Below are positions 61,393 to 64,000 of a DNA stretch of 64,000 nucleotides, in pieces. Position numbers and translations under genes: made by a program. The notes under the pieces were generated by a model that did no database searches, was not told the DNA's origin, and worked only from the letters and a program-made list of their open reading frames with translations. How positions within the stretch are numbered: the first letter of the stretch is position 1; every line of letters starts with the position of its first letter. The stretch is from Zancudomyces culisetae HAW-14-8. Taxonomy: Eukaryota; Fungi; Kickxellomycota. Location of the stretch: assembly GCA_052426225.1 (NCBI GenBank), contig JBNJNM010000012.1:558001-622000 (forward strand). Direction: 5' to 3'.

Positions 61393-64000
61393 TGGCGTCA
61401 GCGACAGGATCATTCTTTTACGGATGATCACAAGGATACGAAACCGAAGAGTGCAAGTCCAGAATTATATGATTCTCCAGCACTTTATTTCTCACCAAGA
61501 AGTGCAGACGGAATTCTATCAGCTCCAGAACCAACCACAGCTCAGGTAGCTAAAAGATTATTTTTTGATGGTGTCAAAAAAATCAAAGAATATGCCCCTA
61601 GAAGTATCGAAATTTTTAATTTCGATACTGAATCAGAAAAGAAGGCTGAGAAGGCTGAATCTAGTTCAAAGAAAAAAACAAAACTGCCACAGGTAGTAGG
61701 AAAGAAGACAGTGAAAGAGATATTTGAAACTAATATCAAAGCTACACAGGAAAGAATTAAGCGGGGACAAGATACTTCCGCACCTGGCTGGTTACCAGTA
61801 CCACCGCCAATATTTAGAAATACGTGGGATCAAGACCCGGAGGAGTTTATAAACAGATTCTGTAAGCATGTTAACGCATTGGAGCAGATCTTAACATTGG
61901 AAGAAACGTATTCTTACTTAGAAACTTTTCTCGAAGGAGGTATAAAAAAGACATTGGTTGATCTTATGACCATACAAGATAATTGGGAAGAGTATTGCAC
62001 ACTCTTTATTAGTACCTGTCAGAGATATCGCGACACTTCAGAAGCTAAGAAACAGTTTTTAAAAATATAATCTCTATAACAATAATCCAATAACAACCTT
62101 TGCAGATATTAAACGATTATTTAAAAATATGAAGGTTGAAGATGAAGCAACTATGGCTGAAGAAACGTTTAAAAAACTTAACCCGACTGATAAACAACAC
62201 ATGAGAAATAATCCAAAGGGGATAACATTGAAAACCATGTTGGAATACATGTTACAAAGGGAGGAAGATTTTATTACTTCCAAACAATCTCAGGGTGTGC
62301 GAAACATAAATTATTCAAAAGAAAACACTTATACTCATTACAATAAAAATAATAATAATACTAACAAAAATTATAAAACAGATAACAACAAAAACATTAA
62401 TTATTCATTTAACAATAAAATAAGAGAGAAAAATTATAGTAAAATATCTCAATATAAAAATACTAAATACAGAGAAGTGCCAAAAAACGAATACATAACT
62501 CCGACAAAACAGTTTAAACAACCAACAACGGACGCTCGTAACATTAAATGCTATAAATGCAGACAAATGGGCCATTTCGCAAATAACTGTCCCACATCAA
62601 TAGAAGATGTAGAAATGAGGACTGCTACTCCACGGAGACCGGTGATTGAGCATCAAACACAAGAAATCAACCTAGTAGATTTGAAGGAACAATACAGCAG
62701 TCAGCCGACAATATTTCAATCGGATATAAGCCGAAAGATAAATGCAATCATGGGGAAGGTAACAATCAACGGAATAAACACATGGTTTCAGTATGACAGT
62801 GGAGCGGCGACAAATCTAATGAGTGCAAAGATGGCCAAAAAGCTAAAATTAGGGAATGGTCAAACATCAAATGTTACCATCATCGGAGTAGAAGGGAGAC
62901 CGACATCTTCACGATATTATCCATCTGTCCGATTAACCTTTGATACTTTTAATGTTCATATACCAATCCACTCTATTGAACAAGGAAAATCAGACCTTTT
63001 ACTTCTGGGCGTAGATTTGTTAGCGTGTTTAAATGCCCAAATAAATCTAAAAGATAACGTAATAAAATGTCATATAAACGGAGTACAACATCAAATACCG
63101 TTAATATTACGTCAGGAAAATAGTAATATAAACGAAATAACAAGTAAAAATGTACACTTTGTTGATACGGAAAGTAAAGTGCTTAACCAAATGTTGGAAA
63201 GACCGCTCAAAGAAAGATTAATCTCACTCATAACACATAATAGCGATCAATTTGCACACAATCTAGAAGAATTTAAAGGAGCCTACGTAAAACCAATTCG
63301 AGTTGAACTAATTGATCAAAACCCAATTCACTGTAAACCATATCGGTTAGCAAAGCGGTTACAAGACGAGGTACTAGAACAGCTGGACGAAATGAAGAAC
63401 CAAGGGATAATTGTAAAGTCAAACAGCCCGTACTGTTTTCCCATGGTAGTCGTCAGAAAAAAAAGATGGCAAAAAACGACTTTGCGTCGACTACAGAAAA
63501 TTGAACGATGTATCGAAAAAAGACGCTTACCCGATCCCAAACATCGACGAAATCTTAAGTAATTTGCAAGGAGCCAGATACTTTACCACTTTGGACGCTC
63601 TGAGTGGTTACTGGCAGATTCCGTTAGATCCAGCAACACAAGAGATGACTGCATTTTCGCCTGGACCGGGTTTAGGGCTATTCCAGTTTACTGTGTTACC
63701 GTTTGGGCTAACAAATGCCCCGTCGATTTTCCAGAGAGTTATGGAAGATGTGTTAAAAACAGAACTTTATCGATGTGTTTTAGTATACAAAGATGACATA
63801 ATAGTGTATTCAAAAACTTTTGATGAACATATACAAGATGTGTATAGAGTAATTGAACTATTAAAAATAAAAAACATAAAATTACATGCGGATAAATGCC
63901 GAATAGGATATACTGAAGTACGGTATTTAGGACATATCATAAACAAGAATGGAATACAACCGGACACCGAAAATGTTGACAAGGTAAAACAAATGAAACC
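61100..64000 (+). pseudogene. Ty3/gypsy gag-pol (Gag, CCHC knuckle, aspartic protease, reverse transcriptase), frameshifted, runs off the window
   Basis: F..TWDQDPEEFINRF (capsid-like), CYKCRQMGHFANNC, YDSGAATNL (protease), SPYCFPMVVVRKK/DGKKRLCVDYRKLN, LDALSGYWQI, LPFGLTNAP, YKDD, YLGHII. Single-base frame breaks at about 61320, 62068 and the A8 run 63457-63464. Confidence 0.93.
61393..61410 (+). promoter_or_regulatory. Primer-binding site complementary to a tRNA 3' end (probably tRNA-Ser)
   Basis: TGGCGTCAGCGACAGGAT is the reverse complement of ATCCTGTCGCTGACG-CCA: T-stem 3' strand, acceptor strand, G73 and CCA, resembling fungal tRNA-Ser ends. Confidence 0.78.

Overview
AT-rich, intron-containing eukaryotic DNA from a fungus. 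Gene content and style suggest an early-diverging lineage such as Zoopagomycota/Harpellales (inference only). Bases 1-57,000 hold about 17 mostly housekeeping genes: OGFOD1/Tpa1 prolyl hydroxylase, YJU2, FCF2, a TUG/Ubx4 UBX protein, an I78-like protease inhibitor, a group-III G-alpha, QCR9, a five-exon FAM72 homologue missed by the ORF track, CPA2, a YFH7-like kinase, an OPT transporter, ALG12, a Cla4-type PAK, carnosine N-methyltransferase, a tandem-CCCH protein, YRB30 and two low-complexity coiled-coil proteins. The last 7 kb is the most interesting part. A tRNA-Ala(AGC)/tRNA-Lys(CTT) dimer with a 2-nt spacer has two diverged Ty3/gypsy family members inserted back-to-back within 10 bp upstream of it: a 762-bp solo LTR with a TGTG target-site duplication, and the 5' part of a frameshifted gag-PR-RT element with a tRNA-Ser-type primer-binding site. 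In both, gag starts about 100-120 codons inside the LTR, and the LTRs share a covarying hairpin architecture. A heavily decayed integrase remnant lies on the other side of the tRNAs. All calls are by manual reading and motif recognition; no database searches were run.
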